DNA of 61,716 nucleotides, filler included, from Vannella sp. (lineage: Eukaryota), in assembly GCA_023345925.1 (NCBI GenBank). It is 6 parts of 6 records of this genome, joined end to end, with 100 filler letters (N's around TTAATTAATTAA, not from the genome) between each part and the next. Parts side by side here need not be neighbours in the genome. Positions count along the whole stretch, not along the records: positions 44,262 to 53,924 come from JAJQQN010000509.1; positions 54,025 to 61,716 come from JAJQQN010000117.1; 4 more parts are not named here. One strand, written 5' to 3'. The translations under genes were made by a program, and so were the position numbers. The notes under the pieces were generated by a model, which saw only the letters and a program-made list of their open reading frames with translations, was not told the DNA's origin and searched no databases. Positions 44,467-56,853 of the stretch are shown here, in pieces (within the stretch, counting starts at the first letter, position 1; each line of letters starts with the position of its first letter).

Positions 44467-45258
44467 AAGAGTAATCAATAAACGCATCCATCTCATAACT
44501 GAATTGGATTCTAGTCAAGGCGAGGGAAAAGGTTCCGATTGAGCAAGGTTCTTGGATAGGGTTTAGTTCAACTACAACCCTGTGCTGTCAAGGAAAAAGG
44601 CTCTTTCTACCAAGTTTCGCCACGAGGCCCCTGTGTCCTCTACCTGTAAGCAACATCTCCCTTAGACTGATTTTTACTGTTTTTTAGGTCCTATTGCGAG
44701 CTTGTGGACACACTTGGAGCTGCATGGCCTTGAAACCACTCCTAGTGACTGCCTTGTGACGATACCTTGCAAAAGGTGTCCGGCGGTGGCCACCTCTGTT
44801 CTTGGGAGAGTTCTCTTTGCTCAGCTGAAGCATTGCGGGAACACCTTCAAGTGCCACACACATGCGAGGTGAGGCTCCATCAAACTACCAGTAGTACCCC
44901 AACACAACATGGAATGAGGAGTACACAGTCATCACACCACAGCGATCTCCAAATTTCAGGTTGAAACACCGTTACAGATCCTTGGGTTGTGGTGAAACAG
45001 GAGCCGCTCCCTTGATGTTTGGCTTTTTGCGGGGGTTTTTGTCTCCAGACTCAAAACACTTTTGCCGCAATAAACACGTTTTATAATTGCGTAATAATTG
45101 GCTACACGAATGGATCACCAATTCAATTTGAATCAAACATAGGGGCTAATAGAATCTAAGTTTTGGAACCTTGGGCAATATTTGTGGTGCACTTAAGTGG
45201 AAATGATGACGTGCACAGGTCATTTTCTTTCCGTTCCTCAGCTCGAGGAACCCCAACC

Positions 45259-46140
45259 ATGGCCGATGATGAATCTACTCACACACCAATGCATATGCTG
45301 CAAAACAAGTGGACGATGTGGTATGATCAAGGCTGCCGATCCAATCAGAAGTGGGGTGACCACCTCCAACCTGTGTTTACTTTCGGCACTGTAGAGAACT
45401 TCTGGAGGTAAGTCCCCTTCTCTTCTTCTTTCGTACCTTCGAATCAAGAAGGTGTTCCTTTTTCCCCCATCGTATCCCTCTCCTCTTGATTGTCCTTCAA
45501 AAGGATGGCGTCGGTGTTTGAGCATCACCAACGAGGAGCGTGGATCTCGTTGTTGATACATGGGCCACCCATCTGGAGGTCCCTATTCTTGCTTCCCCCT
45601 TGCTCCCTCTCTCGTCTCTATGCAGCAAGCATTTTGTTCCTTTTTGACTCTCTTCTCGTGGGCTGTACTTACCAGGAGTGTTTCATAGACTGTACAATAA
45701 CATGGCGAACCCTACGGAACTCAAACAGGGCTGCACCTACCACCTTTTCAAAGACGGGGTCCGTCCTGAGTGGGAAGACGCCGCTAATAAGCGGGGTGGG
45801 AAGTGGGTGATTATCCCCGACGAACAAAGGATCGACGAAAACTGGCTATCTCTTCTCTTGGCGACCATTGGTGAAGTCCTCTGCGACGATGATGACGAGA
45901 TCTGCGGCATCGTTGTGAGTATCCGCAAGAAGCAGAACAAGATCACGGTCTGGACGAAGGGGCTTGAAGAACCCAAGATCACCGCGATTGGGTACGTACT
46001 CCCTGCTCCAACTGTTGCAAGGCTAACACTCTTCTAGCCAACAGTTGAAGAGCCATCTGGAGCTTCGCCGCAAGATTGAGTTCCAATCCCACGATGAAGC
46101 TGCTATCTCCAAGAAGCCCTTGAACATGTACGTCCTCTAA
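45259..46140 (+). CDS. EIF4E: Translation initiation factor eIF4E
   Basis: HMLQNKWTMWYD, TVENFWRLYNN, YHLFKDGVRPEWED..N..GGKW, ICGIVVSIR; first intron 45408-45688, second near 45992-46037. Confidence 0.96.
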
Positions 46141-46318
46141 TCCGAAAGGATTTGAGCACTGGTCCTACAGCTCGTTGCGCTCGATCGTGGGTGCTAAGGC
46201 TGGTTTATTCTCCTTAATAACATCAACATCGGATCATACATTGGACTAACGACGGCTCTTCTTCTTCACCCTCGCGACCTCTGCCAAAGGCCCTTCGTTA
46301 GTCATCATTCCCGTTCCC

Positions 46319-48603
46319 TCATCGCGCCAAGCACCTACCAAAGTTCGCTTCCAACCGGCGGCGATGCAGGTAGATCCACACCTTCTGATCACCGTCGAAG
46401 CGGACGCAAGGGTCCTCCTGGGCATGGAGGCGGTCGAGAGCCCCCGAAACGACGTTGTTGAGTTTGCCTTCGGGGACGTCTTGGTTGACGTACTGGGAGT
46501 CTAGTAGGAGAGCTACTACATCGGGTCGGTTCCCAAGACCCCCAGGAAGGCGAGCAGCGGCATCACGAACCAGACAGAGCAAACTGATGTGAGGAGGGCG
46601 GTCCTTTCGGAGGAGGAAGTGATCACGGGCTTTCTGGGACTGATTACCTAGTCCTCTCTTCATAGGAGCAACCACACACTCACTATTACGGAAGTGGAAG
46701 GTGTAAGGAGCCTCAGGAGCGAGGTATCGCTCGTTCTCTTGCCGACGGAACTCGGCGATCTCTTCCTCTGTGCTCACTCTGATCGTCAATGAGCACTTCA
46801 GTTGCTTAGGAGATACAAAGCGGATAGCTGTTCGATCTTCGTTCACTTGCCCACGCGTCAGAGCGAAGACAAAGAGGACTTCAAGAAGGTCCAGCTCCTC
46901 GTGCAGTGTTTGTCCCTCCGTTGGGCCAGTCCACCGCCAGGTTGCGCCACTTTGAGTCACGTAGGAGCAACCAGGATGATTTTCTACCTTTTCCAGAGAG
47001 TCCCCTTCGCTGTCCTCCTTAGTTGGGCCCGATGAAGCGCCTGGGGAGCCAATGGAGGTCGCTTCTGTCTGGTTGGGGTTACGAGCTGCCCTTAGCTGTG
47101 TTGTACTCGGAGGAGAATGCAAGAAAGAGAGCCCTAGGTGCAAGAACTCCTCCGCTTTGTACGTGGGAGGGACATCGCGGGCCGAGTCGTGTTGACTAAA
47201 GTCCTCCACGAGCTGAGGGAAGTGGATTGTGAGGTTCTGCGCCATGAAGGTATCAAAGAGGAATCCAAAGAAGGTCCAAACAGGTCCAGAAGGGACCACC
47301 TCTGCGGGAAACTCTTCCTCATCGAAAAGGAAGTGTTTCAGAGACGAAGAGGAAGGCCTGGTGTCTGCCAGCGTCTCTCCGTCAACATCTTCACGGTGAC
47401 GCTTGCCAAGAAGTACGCCTCCTTCTTCTCCCAGTGGCCCTCTCCGTTGTACGGCGGCATCGAGGTTCTGAATGAGGTCTTTCTGTGAGTCAGCTTCCAG
47501 GGTCTGGTCCTCTCCTGCAGACTCTGGGTCGGTGTCTGAGTCATCTACTTCATCCACCAGGTGGACTGCGCTGAACTGCTGCTCAGGAGTCGGGTAGAGT
47601 AAGAAGTCGTGGCGGTCGGACACTTCAAGTTGCTCTTTCATGTCAAACACTCTCCGTATCAGCTTGTAGTTCCGTTCTTTCAGTGCTCGTACGTGTGCAT
47701 GTTGTTGAAGTATCTTCTGACGCTGAATGGAGCCCTGCTCTTCAGGTTGGAAGGACTTCTGAGCAAGTTTCGCCATAAAGTCGCGGATTGGGCTTCCAAA
47801 GTGGAAGTTCTCGCCCTGGAATAGTCGTTCCAGCGTTACTTTCACCTCTGTAGAGCAGTGGTAAGGGGCCTGTCCTTCTTAAGGAGACTCACCCTCTGAG
47901 GAAGCGACAGCGTCTCCAAGAGCCGAAAAGTTGGGTAAAAGAGCCTTTTCCCGACCAGTTAGCTTCTGGCAAAGGGACTGAAGCCGTATACGTACGGTAA
48001 GTCTCCTTTGTACATGGTCTGGGAGGCCTGTCCATGTCTTATGGGAGAAGATCCGAGAGGAAGCCGCTTCCCCATCTTGGAGAGAGAGCTGCGTGAAGGC
48101 AGTAGGCAGTATAACCCGCTCTACTATTGTAGAAGAAACACACCAACTCCCTTGCCCACAAGGAACCGCGAGAGCCTCCACACCAGGAGAAATAGAGCCG
48201 CCTTTGTTCTCTCCCTTAAGAAGGTGTGAGTGGAGCCAAAGAGAAGGTGGAGAAGCGTACCAATCCCAAAGCTGAGAACGAGAAGGCACTGGAAGGGATA
48301 TCCAGTGAGCCAGGGAGGCCCAGGAAATGGGAAGAGCCACCTTGGCAGGCAGAGACGGAACGAAGCGCCTGCTCAATCTTGGCCTTCCTGGCGTAGTACT
48401 TCTGTGATCGAGGCTTCAAGAGCTTCCTCCTCTTCACCAGTCCTCCACTCGTCTTCTCCGTAGGCTCCATTCTCCCCCAAAGAGCCAACAAAAAGAGGGT
48501 TTCGACCAGCTTCCTCGTCCCTTCCTCGATCAAGCAAGGAGGAAGCCTTCACTCCATAAGGTTGGTTGCTTAGTTTGTTGATGTTCAATTTCTCCCGAAT
48601 CAT
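46319..48603 (-). CDS. NFRKB: NFRKB (INO80 subunit G)-like protein; start approximate
   Basis: FRRQENERY..P, KARDHFLL..DRPPH..LL.LVRDAAARLP, VVSGALDRLH..DPCV.FD..WIYLHR. Confidence 0.88.
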
Positions 48604-49046
48604 CTGAAAGCATCATTTTTCTTCGCTTCTAGACTGGAGGGCATTTCCCCTTGTTTGGGTTTTCAAACATCCAAAAAGTGAAAAAATGAAATCAGTCCAA
48701 AAGCTTATCTTGAAGAGATGGAGGTCATCAGGGCAAGCTACGCAAACATGAGTTCTGCCCCCCTCTTCCCCTTCACTCGTGGATGTTCTCAAACAACTTA
48801 GAACTTGTTTTGTCAATGAGAAAGCTGATTACCATGATCAAGTCGTCCCTAGTCTGCAGTTAGAGCAGTCTCCAGTGGATCAAAGAGAGTTCTTGGTGGG
48901 AAAGTGATTTATGATCTTCCCCGTCCAATGCTCTTTGATGGCTTGGCTCTTCCACCTCTACTAAGGTTCAAGAAAGCGTTTATGGTGGGAAGTGAGCGGC
49001 CTATCCATAGTACGGGGAGCTTTGGAAGGAAAAAGGAAAAAGTGTC

Positions 49047-51168
49047 TTATTGACTTGAGTGACCGCCGCCGCCTTCATGGCGATTTTGAACGCGCTGGAG
49101 AAGGGTTGTGATGGTTGTTACTTTCTGTTCAACTTGCGCCTGGTACTGCCGAGTGAGGTTATTGAGTTGAAGTGCCATGTCGAGATTCAATCGGATAAAG
49201 TTAGACACTTCCGAGACCAGCTTGCGGTCGTCATCCAGGGCCAGGGAAAGTGGCGACGCTTTGTGCATTTCCAAGACTTTCTTGAGTTCCTGAACAATAG
49301 ACGCTTCGCTGTCTTCTGTTTTAGTCCTCTTGGTGGGATAATCTCGGTCAGCGGATGGAGAACGGCTTCGCTTTCTGAGCGGTGCTTCTCGAGGGTCCTT
49401 TCTTGTATCTGTTTCTGCCCAGCGGTTCGGAGCTGGAGAGTAAGACCCAGAGAAGCTGTCGTCTTTCTGACGCCAATCGTCTCTTCGAGAAGCTGGGGAA
49501 TGAGGCTCTGGGTAAGAAGATTCTGCCACCCGGCGGGTCTGGTCAAATGGTGGCCTGTGAGAAGATGCACCAGGGGTTGGTCCACTCCTTCCTGAATCAC
49601 TCGAATGACTCGGAGTAGACGGACAAAACACGGGATTGGATTGGCGTCGTACTCGAAGTGCCTTAATAGCACTCAAAGCCTCCGGCTCCTTATGAAGATT
49701 CCCTTTCACCATCTCCTCCAAGTCAGCAACACCAATGGGAGCATCGGCAGGAAACACAAATTGTTCGTTCTCTGTCCGGGCAAGACTCAAAAAGGCACAT
49801 TTGATCATTTCCTGCTGTTCCAAGCTAAACAGATCCGCGAAAGTCTCTTTCAAAGCTCCCTACAAGGAAAACAGAAGTTAGGAGGGTTCGTAGAAAGTGA
49901 CTTGGACTTACTCGGAAGATGCGAAGTGCTTTGCTGTACTTTAAATGATTCGTTTTGGCACTCTGATAGATGGAAAGGAGGTTCTTGTAGAGAGTCTCCA
50001 AGTCTCCCTCTCCTAAGGAGCGACTGAGTGAGTCCAGTGTCCGTGAGAAGAAGAATCCCATCTCATCAGCGCCAGTCTGATGGCGAGGGGACTGGTTATC
50101 GGAGAGGTCTTGTCGTGTGGTGGCTAGGAACGAGTCTAATTCATCGTTTGTCATCTTCTTGATGTGGCGGAACGTTGCTTCGGGGTAGCTCTCCACCACA
50201 AGCTCCTGTTGGCCTGCGGACTTCCGGATGATTCCACCTGGCGCTTGGCCCTTCGTGGGCATAGCACCTACTGGGTCGGTCGTGTAAGAGGAGGTCTTTG
50301 CGCTTGAGCTACTGTCTGTGGTGGTCCACCCACTGGCAGAGGGGGATGGCTTCGTCTGCCAGCTGGAAACCTCAGAAGTCGTGTTCCATCCACTGGCAGA
50401 GGCGGCCTTCGCCTGAGAACTACTGTCTGTGGTGATCCAACCACTAGAAGAGGCGACCTTCGCCTGAGAGCTACTGTCTGTGGTGGTCCACCCACTGGCA
50501 GAGGGAGAAGGCTTCACCTGCCAGCTGGAGACCTCAGGAGTCGTGTTCCATCCAGTAGTAGAGGTAGAAGGGGATGTAGAAGTGTTGGTTGTTGCCCAGC
50601 TGGAAGAGGGAGAGGCTGTGTTCCATCCAGACGAGCCAGAGGAGGAAGTTGTGCCCCATCCAGCCTGTGCTGCGCTCTTCGGTGCTTGTTCCTTGATAAC
50701 GATGTTCTTGATAACACTCTGCACCACAGAGTCACGAGAGAAGTCCAGGGTAACCGGTACTGGCGGAGGAGGAGCTCTTCGTGGTCTCTCATCTCTGTCT
50801 AGCCGTTTTCCTCTAGCAGGAGGCTCTGAAGAGCGCGCATGAGCTCTTTCTACCACCTGGGGAGGTACTTCTACGACTTTGTGCTCCTCTTCGCCCTCCT
50901 CCCTCTCAGCTTCCTCTTCTTGTCCTTTCTCTTCCGTCTCCTCCTCTTCTGTGTCTCCAGGTTCTTCTTCATTCAATTCTTCAGGTGGGGTGACATCATT
51001 CACTTCATCTTGAGGGAGGGGAGAGTCCTGCAGCTGCCCATCAACGGAGAGTTCCATCACCTCGTCCTCGTCCTCTTCGCTCGAGATCGCCAGGATCTCC
51101 CGTGCTTGTTCCTCCTCACAATGATGCGTCTGGGACTCCATCAACGCATCCAAGCCCAGCGGTGCCAT
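49047..51168 (-). CDS. Hypothetical low-complexity protein with acidic N-terminus and S/T-rich GW repeats
   Basis: Two long ORFs joinable by an intron near 49860-49910; seven GW dipeptides. Confidence 0.7.
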
Positions 51169-51584
51169 CAACCCGAGGCCCGGAAGAAATGACCTGTCAC
51201 TTTCGGCTCGTTTCCCTCCTCCTTTGAAGTGACACTTCAAGGGAGGCCACAAGAAGGAGAGCACAGTGTTCGCTCCCTCCACTCTCAATACGGAGTTTCC
51301 TCGCTCTCAACCGAAGGATGAAGCAGCCTTCTTTCAGAGCGCCATTCACACCCTTCTGACCAGACAAGTACTGGTAGATTAGGAACGACTGATAGAAGAA
51401 GGCTGCACCCTTCCCGGCAGAATCAAGAAACAGGAGGAGCTTCCCGCCAAGTGAGTTCGAGAACCGTTCAAATGCGAACGGAAGAGGAAGAGGAAGAGAG
51501 GAGTTGCCAAAGCGTTTCTCTGTGAAGATAGGTCTCCGTAACTCCTTCAGGCCACCTTCAAACCACCTTCAGACGAAAGCTTCA

Positions 51585-52805
51585 TTAAAAGGACATTATC
51601 TTCTTCACAGCAGCGAGGTTCTTGAACTCGTTAGGCATGTAGAACTTCTCGAAGATGAGAGGGAAAGGAGTATCGTAGCCGCAGATCCGTTGGATGGGCG
51701 CTTCGAGGTGGAGGAAGCACTCTTCTTGGATGGTGGCGGCGATTTCACTGGCAAAGCCGCAGATCTTGGGGGCTTCGTGGCTGACAATCAGTCGTCCAGT
51801 CTTCTTTACAGACTCGATGACTGTGTCCTTGTCCCAGGGCGCCAGAGTACGGAGATCGATCAACTCGCAGGAGACGCCTTGCTCTTGAGAGGCCTTTTCG
51901 CACGCATCAGCGAGAACGTGCAGTTGTGCACCATACCCAACGACAGTGATGTCGGTTCCTTCACGAATGACACGCGCCTTGCCAAGGGGGATCTCGTAAT
52001 CGCCCAAAGGCACTTCCTCCACTGCTGATCGGTACAGCCACTTGGGCTCAAGGAAGATCACGGGATTGGGATCACGGATAGAGGCTAGAAGAAGGCCTTT
52101 GGCTTCGATTGGGTTGCTTGGAACCACGACCTGTCCCCTTTTGAGTCTTCCAGCCCTTGTGTTCGCCCCACAGGCACGCGTACCTTAAGTCCTGGTGTAT
52201 GGCAGAAGTATGCTTCAGGAGACTGAGAATGGTAGAGTCCTCCATGCCCCACAGCACCGTACGGAGTACGGAAGGTCAAGCTACCAACATTCCACTCGTT
52301 TCCACTGCGGAAGCGGTACTTGGCGGCTTCGTTGACGATCTGGTCGAAGGCAGGGAAGATGTAGTCGGCGAACTGCATCTCTGCGATGGCGGTAACCCCC
52401 ATACTGGCCATGCCGATGGCAAAGCCGGCGATCCCTTGCTCGCAGAGGGGAGTGTTGAACACGCGCTTCTCTCCAAACTTCTCTCGGAGGCCTGTGGTGC
52501 AGCGGAAGACTCCACCGAAGGCGACATCCTCACCGAACGTGCAAGAAGTGGGGTCGCTCTCCATGGCTACCGACATGCCGTTGTTGATAGCCGTAAAGAG
52601 ATTCATCTTCTCACGCTCCTGGTCGGCTGCGATGGACGGATCTCCATAGACGGAGGTTTTGTTCGACCCAAGGACCGACGAAGACGTCTTCAGGCCTCTT
52701 GCGGTGGCCTACATCATCCATCCTCCTTCATCAGTCACCAGAGCCCTCCTCCCACTTGCTACTCACTCTCCCAATCCACATGGACGCCACAGAGCGAGAC
52801 ATCAT
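51585..52805 (-). CDS. BCKDHB: Branched-chain 2-oxoacid dehydrogenase E1 beta
   Basis: [60 protein letters not shown]. Confidence 0.96.
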
Positions 52806-53725
52806 CCCCGTTCCGCTTTGAAAATAAATGGATCTGGCATGGCAGAAAAGATCCTCTCATCAAACTGTAGATCGATGAGATATCCGCAAAATGGGCAAGT
52901 TATGAAGAAGAGTTTCCCATTTTAGGCAATCGCATTTCACCACGGGTGGTCGACCCAAAGGCATTCCAAGGAATAGAGGAAATGAGGAGAAAGGGTTCCC
53001 TCGAAAGTACCGAATCTAGACACGGTCAATCAAATCCCAATCAACACACAATGTTGGGAAGCCTCAAAGGAAGCATCACGGCCTCTGAGGACACCTCAAA
53101 GAGCAGGTAACAGTCAGTAAATGCACAACGCCAACGAGTAGAAGAGCAGATGGGCGAGTTTAGTCAAGTTCTCAAACGGTCCATTGCGAGGACGTTGCCT
53201 GTCTCAACAATGCCACCGTTCTCATCGATTCAGAAGGAGTCGCCTGGAAAGCAGAATATAAGGTCCCGACTCACTCCCATTATGGCAGCTCTCCCTCGCC
53301 AAGCTTTCTGCAGAGCGCAGAAGAGTGCCAGATTCTGACTTTCAAGCATCTTCAGTGCGCGCCATTCACCTTCTTGAAGCATTCGGTTCCCCTCTGGACC
53401 TCCGTTCCTCTGATGGAATGAGAAGGAGCTCTATTTTCCACAGTCAAACGGGGCAAAGACCACATTAGGAACCTTTCTGAGGGTGGCTTGACCAAGTTTA
53501 CCTCGATCGACCGTTTCCACCGCTCCGTCAACTCTGCAGTCCTCTAATTTTTTATTATTTTTTTATTAGAGGGAAAATGTGCCGCTGGAAAGTCAGATCG
53601 AGGCCCTTTAGAGTGCAGAAAGCAGAGAATGACGAACCCGAAGTCAAACGCATCCTTGATTCTTTAGAAATGGCGCAGTGCCATGGATGAAGGCAACAAT
53701 TGACTGGGATGAAAAAGGTGATGAT

Positions 53726-53924
53726 TTAGTCCTCATCGTAATACGTATAATACAGTATGATGAAGGTGACGCAGAGATAAGGGAGGAAACAAAGGATGGC
53801 CAGCACGACCAGGCTCACGACAACGATCACGACAACGACACAACCAATGAAAGTGACAATGATGAGGATGATGGTATCCAGCACGAAAGCAACGAAGGCA
53901 ATCAGTAGCCAGAGAGGAAAGAGA
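53726..53924 (-). CDS. 3' end of a highly hydrophobic membrane protein (partial)
   Basis: Open frame FPLWLLIAFVAFVLDTIILIIV...LYYTYYDED* running from the contig end. Confidence 0.5.
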
Positions 53925-54024
53925 NNNNNNNNNNNNNNNNNNNNNNNNNNNNNNNNNNNNNNNNNNNNTTAATTAATTAANNNNNNNNNNNNNNNNNNNN
54001 NNNNNNNNNNNNNNNNNNNNNNNN
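53925..54024. other. Artificial contig-joining spacer
   Basis: N44-TTAATTAATTAA-N44. Confidence 0.97.
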
Positions 54025-54786
54025 GAGCTTTGCCTTTCGAGGTAGCGCCTCTCCTTCCGCATTCCCCTCCCTTTGTCTCTTCCCCAACTACAAAGAGGTC
54101 AGCCAAGCCATATCCTTCTGCCACGCAATTCGGGCTCACCGACATGACACCTGTTGGCGAGGCGAAGAAAAATGGTTCAGTGTCGGACCAAATGACCAAC
54201 TCTTTACTCACTCATCACTGAGGAGGGATTCGAAGAGAAAGATGACCTGCAAGGGAAAGACTAAGGACGCCCACAGGCACACCACGTCAAGGCAGGATCG
54301 GAACCGTGGATCGAAAACCGACCAAGGTGGTCGTAGGGCTTCTGGGAGCGTGTTTGAGGACGACCCACGGTTCTTAGATGCCTTACACGAATGGCTCACT
54401 CGATACGTGAAGCAAGACCTGGTCCAGCTCCCCAAGCAATCCGACACACGCATCAGCACCTTTTCCTGCTCGCTCTTCTTCAATCTGAGCGCATTACCCT
54501 CCTTTATTGTTAAAGCCAACACTCAGATCATTCAAAAGCGGCTCATACTTCTCGAAGAGATCCAGGATAGACACTCATGAGCTGCCCACTCCTGTCTGAG
54601 GAAGGCACTGCTTGCCATGAGTACAGCACTAGTACCACGAAACGTCTTCGTGTCGAGCATAAACTTGAAGTACCGACAGCAGCCAAACTTGCGGAGCTTG
54701 GGCATCAGCCCACACAGGATGCTTCCCTGACTGAAAGAGCTACCACAAAAGATGCGGCACCAACCACGATCAGTGTACCAACGTAG
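54025..54786 (+). CDS. Partial hypothetical protein
   Basis: Short ORFs with splice-like sites; no motif recognised. Confidence 0.3.
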
Positions 54787-55207
54787 CGCTAGCCATGGTA
54801 TCATGTGTTGTTGCGGTTTGTCATCAACGGGGTCTCATTCGGAAGGCATCCACTGAGCCACTCAATTGTGAAGGTACTAAAGAGAAGCTGACGATGTGAG
54901 GGTTGAGAGCAAGGCGCGATAGGAGGTTGAAATGGAGTTTCTTCGAGTCACTGGCATGGAAAGAGTGAGTAGGCAGAGAAAGAGAGGGAGAACGAGGGCA
55001 GGTCAGCGAGAAGATTATTGTCGGTCAATAGCCTGCTCCGAGAAGCGCTTCCGTTCAATTGATACATTGGCTTTCATCATCCTCGCCCTCGTTCTCGTTC
55101 TCCGGCTGGAGGCACTTACACTTGCACCTGAGGGAGAGAAAATGGGTCTTTGAAGTTGGTTAGTTATTTTTTCTTTTTACCTTCATTTATTTGGTGTTGG
55201 GACGGGG

Positions 55208-55675
55208 ATGGCGTTCAACCAGTATGTGCGGACGAGTGTCAGCAAGAACATGGCCGAGGCACGCCACAGAGTGATTGATTTGTATCGCAAATGCTTGCGC
55301 TCTATTCCCTCTCTGATTGTGCAGTACGAGTTGGACCTGGACCCTGGAATCATGGCCAGACGGATCCGTACCGACTTTGAGCAGTACAAGGATGTTACCG
55401 ACCTCCGCATTGTGGATAAGCTCCTCTTCATGGGTGTTGTAGACCTTGAGGAGGCCCGCCTCCTTTGGAAACAGACCAGCCACGTAGAGTACTACTTCGA
55501 AAAGGAGAACCAGTTCCTCATGAACAGCGAAAACCAGTTCATTAACGATGCAACGGACTTCCCAGACTTTAACACAGCATCCCAAAGCTTCAGGGATGAT
55601 GAGCCTTTGCAAAACCTTGAAGGAGGTCGCATGCAGAAGGAGTTCTACGAGAACGTTCAGTATCGCGAGGTTTAA
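55208..55675 (+). CDS. NDUFA6: Complex I subunit NDUFA6 (B14, LYRM6)
   Basis: EARHRVIDLYRKCLRSIP...RIRTDFE...VTDLRIVDKLLFMG...WKQTSHV. Confidence 0.9.
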   Translation: MAFNQYVRTSVSKNMAEARHRVIDLYRKCLRSIPSLIVQYELDLDPGIMARRIRTDFEQYKDVTDLRIVDKLLFMGVVDLEEARLLWKQTSHVEYYFEKENQFLMNSENQFINDATDFPDFNTASQSFRDDEPLQNLEGGRMQKEFYENVQYREV

Positions 55676-55752
55676 CCTGCTTACTTCCACTCCCTTCTTC
55701 GATCCTCAACCCAACCATCCACAGCGCCTCGATAAAAGGCAACACTGATCGT

Positions 55753-56777
55753 TTAGTGGCCCACCTGATGAGGGAACAGGATTGGCCTTAACTCGGCTAA
55801 TGAAGGGATGTCATAGTCAGCAATACCACGGGAGTTCTCTTCTGTGTGGCATACAAGTACAGTGCACCATCCAACGCTCTTTGCCCCGATGATATCCGTG
55901 TCTGTCTCGTTGCCGATCATAAGGATCCTCCTGGGGTCAGGAACACTCAGAGAGAGGCCAGCCTTGTCAAGGCAGTACTTGAATATCCTTTCACCTGGCT
56001 TCTTGCATCCAACTTCGCCAGAAGTGACCTGCGAAGGAGTGAATCGAAGCTCCTCCTTCGAACTATGGAGCGCTTACCACGTAGGAGAAGAACTGGTCGA
56101 TATCAAGCATCTTCAAGGTGTTCTCCATTGATACTTTGGAGAGATTGGAGTTCCTGATCATCACTACACACCCACATGAGAAAGGGGGCCAGAGAGGGAG
56201 AGGAGGGCGCACTCATCGGGATGTTGTGTGCTTGAATGAGTTCTAGAATAGGGCGAGCCTCCTCTGAGCAATGGTTAGTGTAGTTCTAATACCAGCTGAA
56301 GGGTCAGGTGGGAGAACTTACGATAGAGTGGTGGCGGCACCTCGTCGAGGAAGTGTTCGTAGTGGTTTGTCAGGCTAGGCAGCTGGAACTGACTGGTAAG
56401 TCGATCTAGGACTTCTGACCACGAGTAACATTCGTCTTTGCGACCATCGAGGACACCTTTGATCTCTAAAAAGGCTTGGAAGAATATGTCGAAGTGCGGT
56501 AGGGGATACGAGGGGTCAATCCTTCTGACAGCATCGTAGAAGTGTTGTGTACGGCTCCGAAGCTTCTCTTGCTTCATCTGCTGGCGAAGTAGCTCGTCGC
56601 CTTTGTTCTTTTTCCTCTTCTGCTGAAGAGTGCCTACAAAGACCATATCAGAGTGCTCCCTCAAGCTCCTTCCCCACCTTTGAAGTCAAACACTACCAGA
56701 TCAAAGCGCTGTGTGATGATCTCCCCCTCCCTCTGCCCTTCCCCCGCTCCACAAGCCCGTTCAGCTGAGCGGTCCAT
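55753..56777 (-). CDS. HAD-superfamily hydrolase (subfamily IA-like), multi-exon
   Basis: Spliced VVFDFKGTL ... VTSGEVGCKKPGERIF ... LMIGNETDTDIIGAKSVGWCTVLV. Confidence 0.75.
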
Positions 56778-56853
56778 AAAATGCTGAAACCGCACTCTTG
56801 AACTAATCAGAAGGTGCGTCTGATGTACGTCATTTGCTGGGGGACCTCTCTTC

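Noticed and set aside
52870..53670. Short ORFs in a long intergenic stretch (similar at 44470-45160)
   Set aside because: No recognisable motif or coherent exon model, so no feature can be supported.
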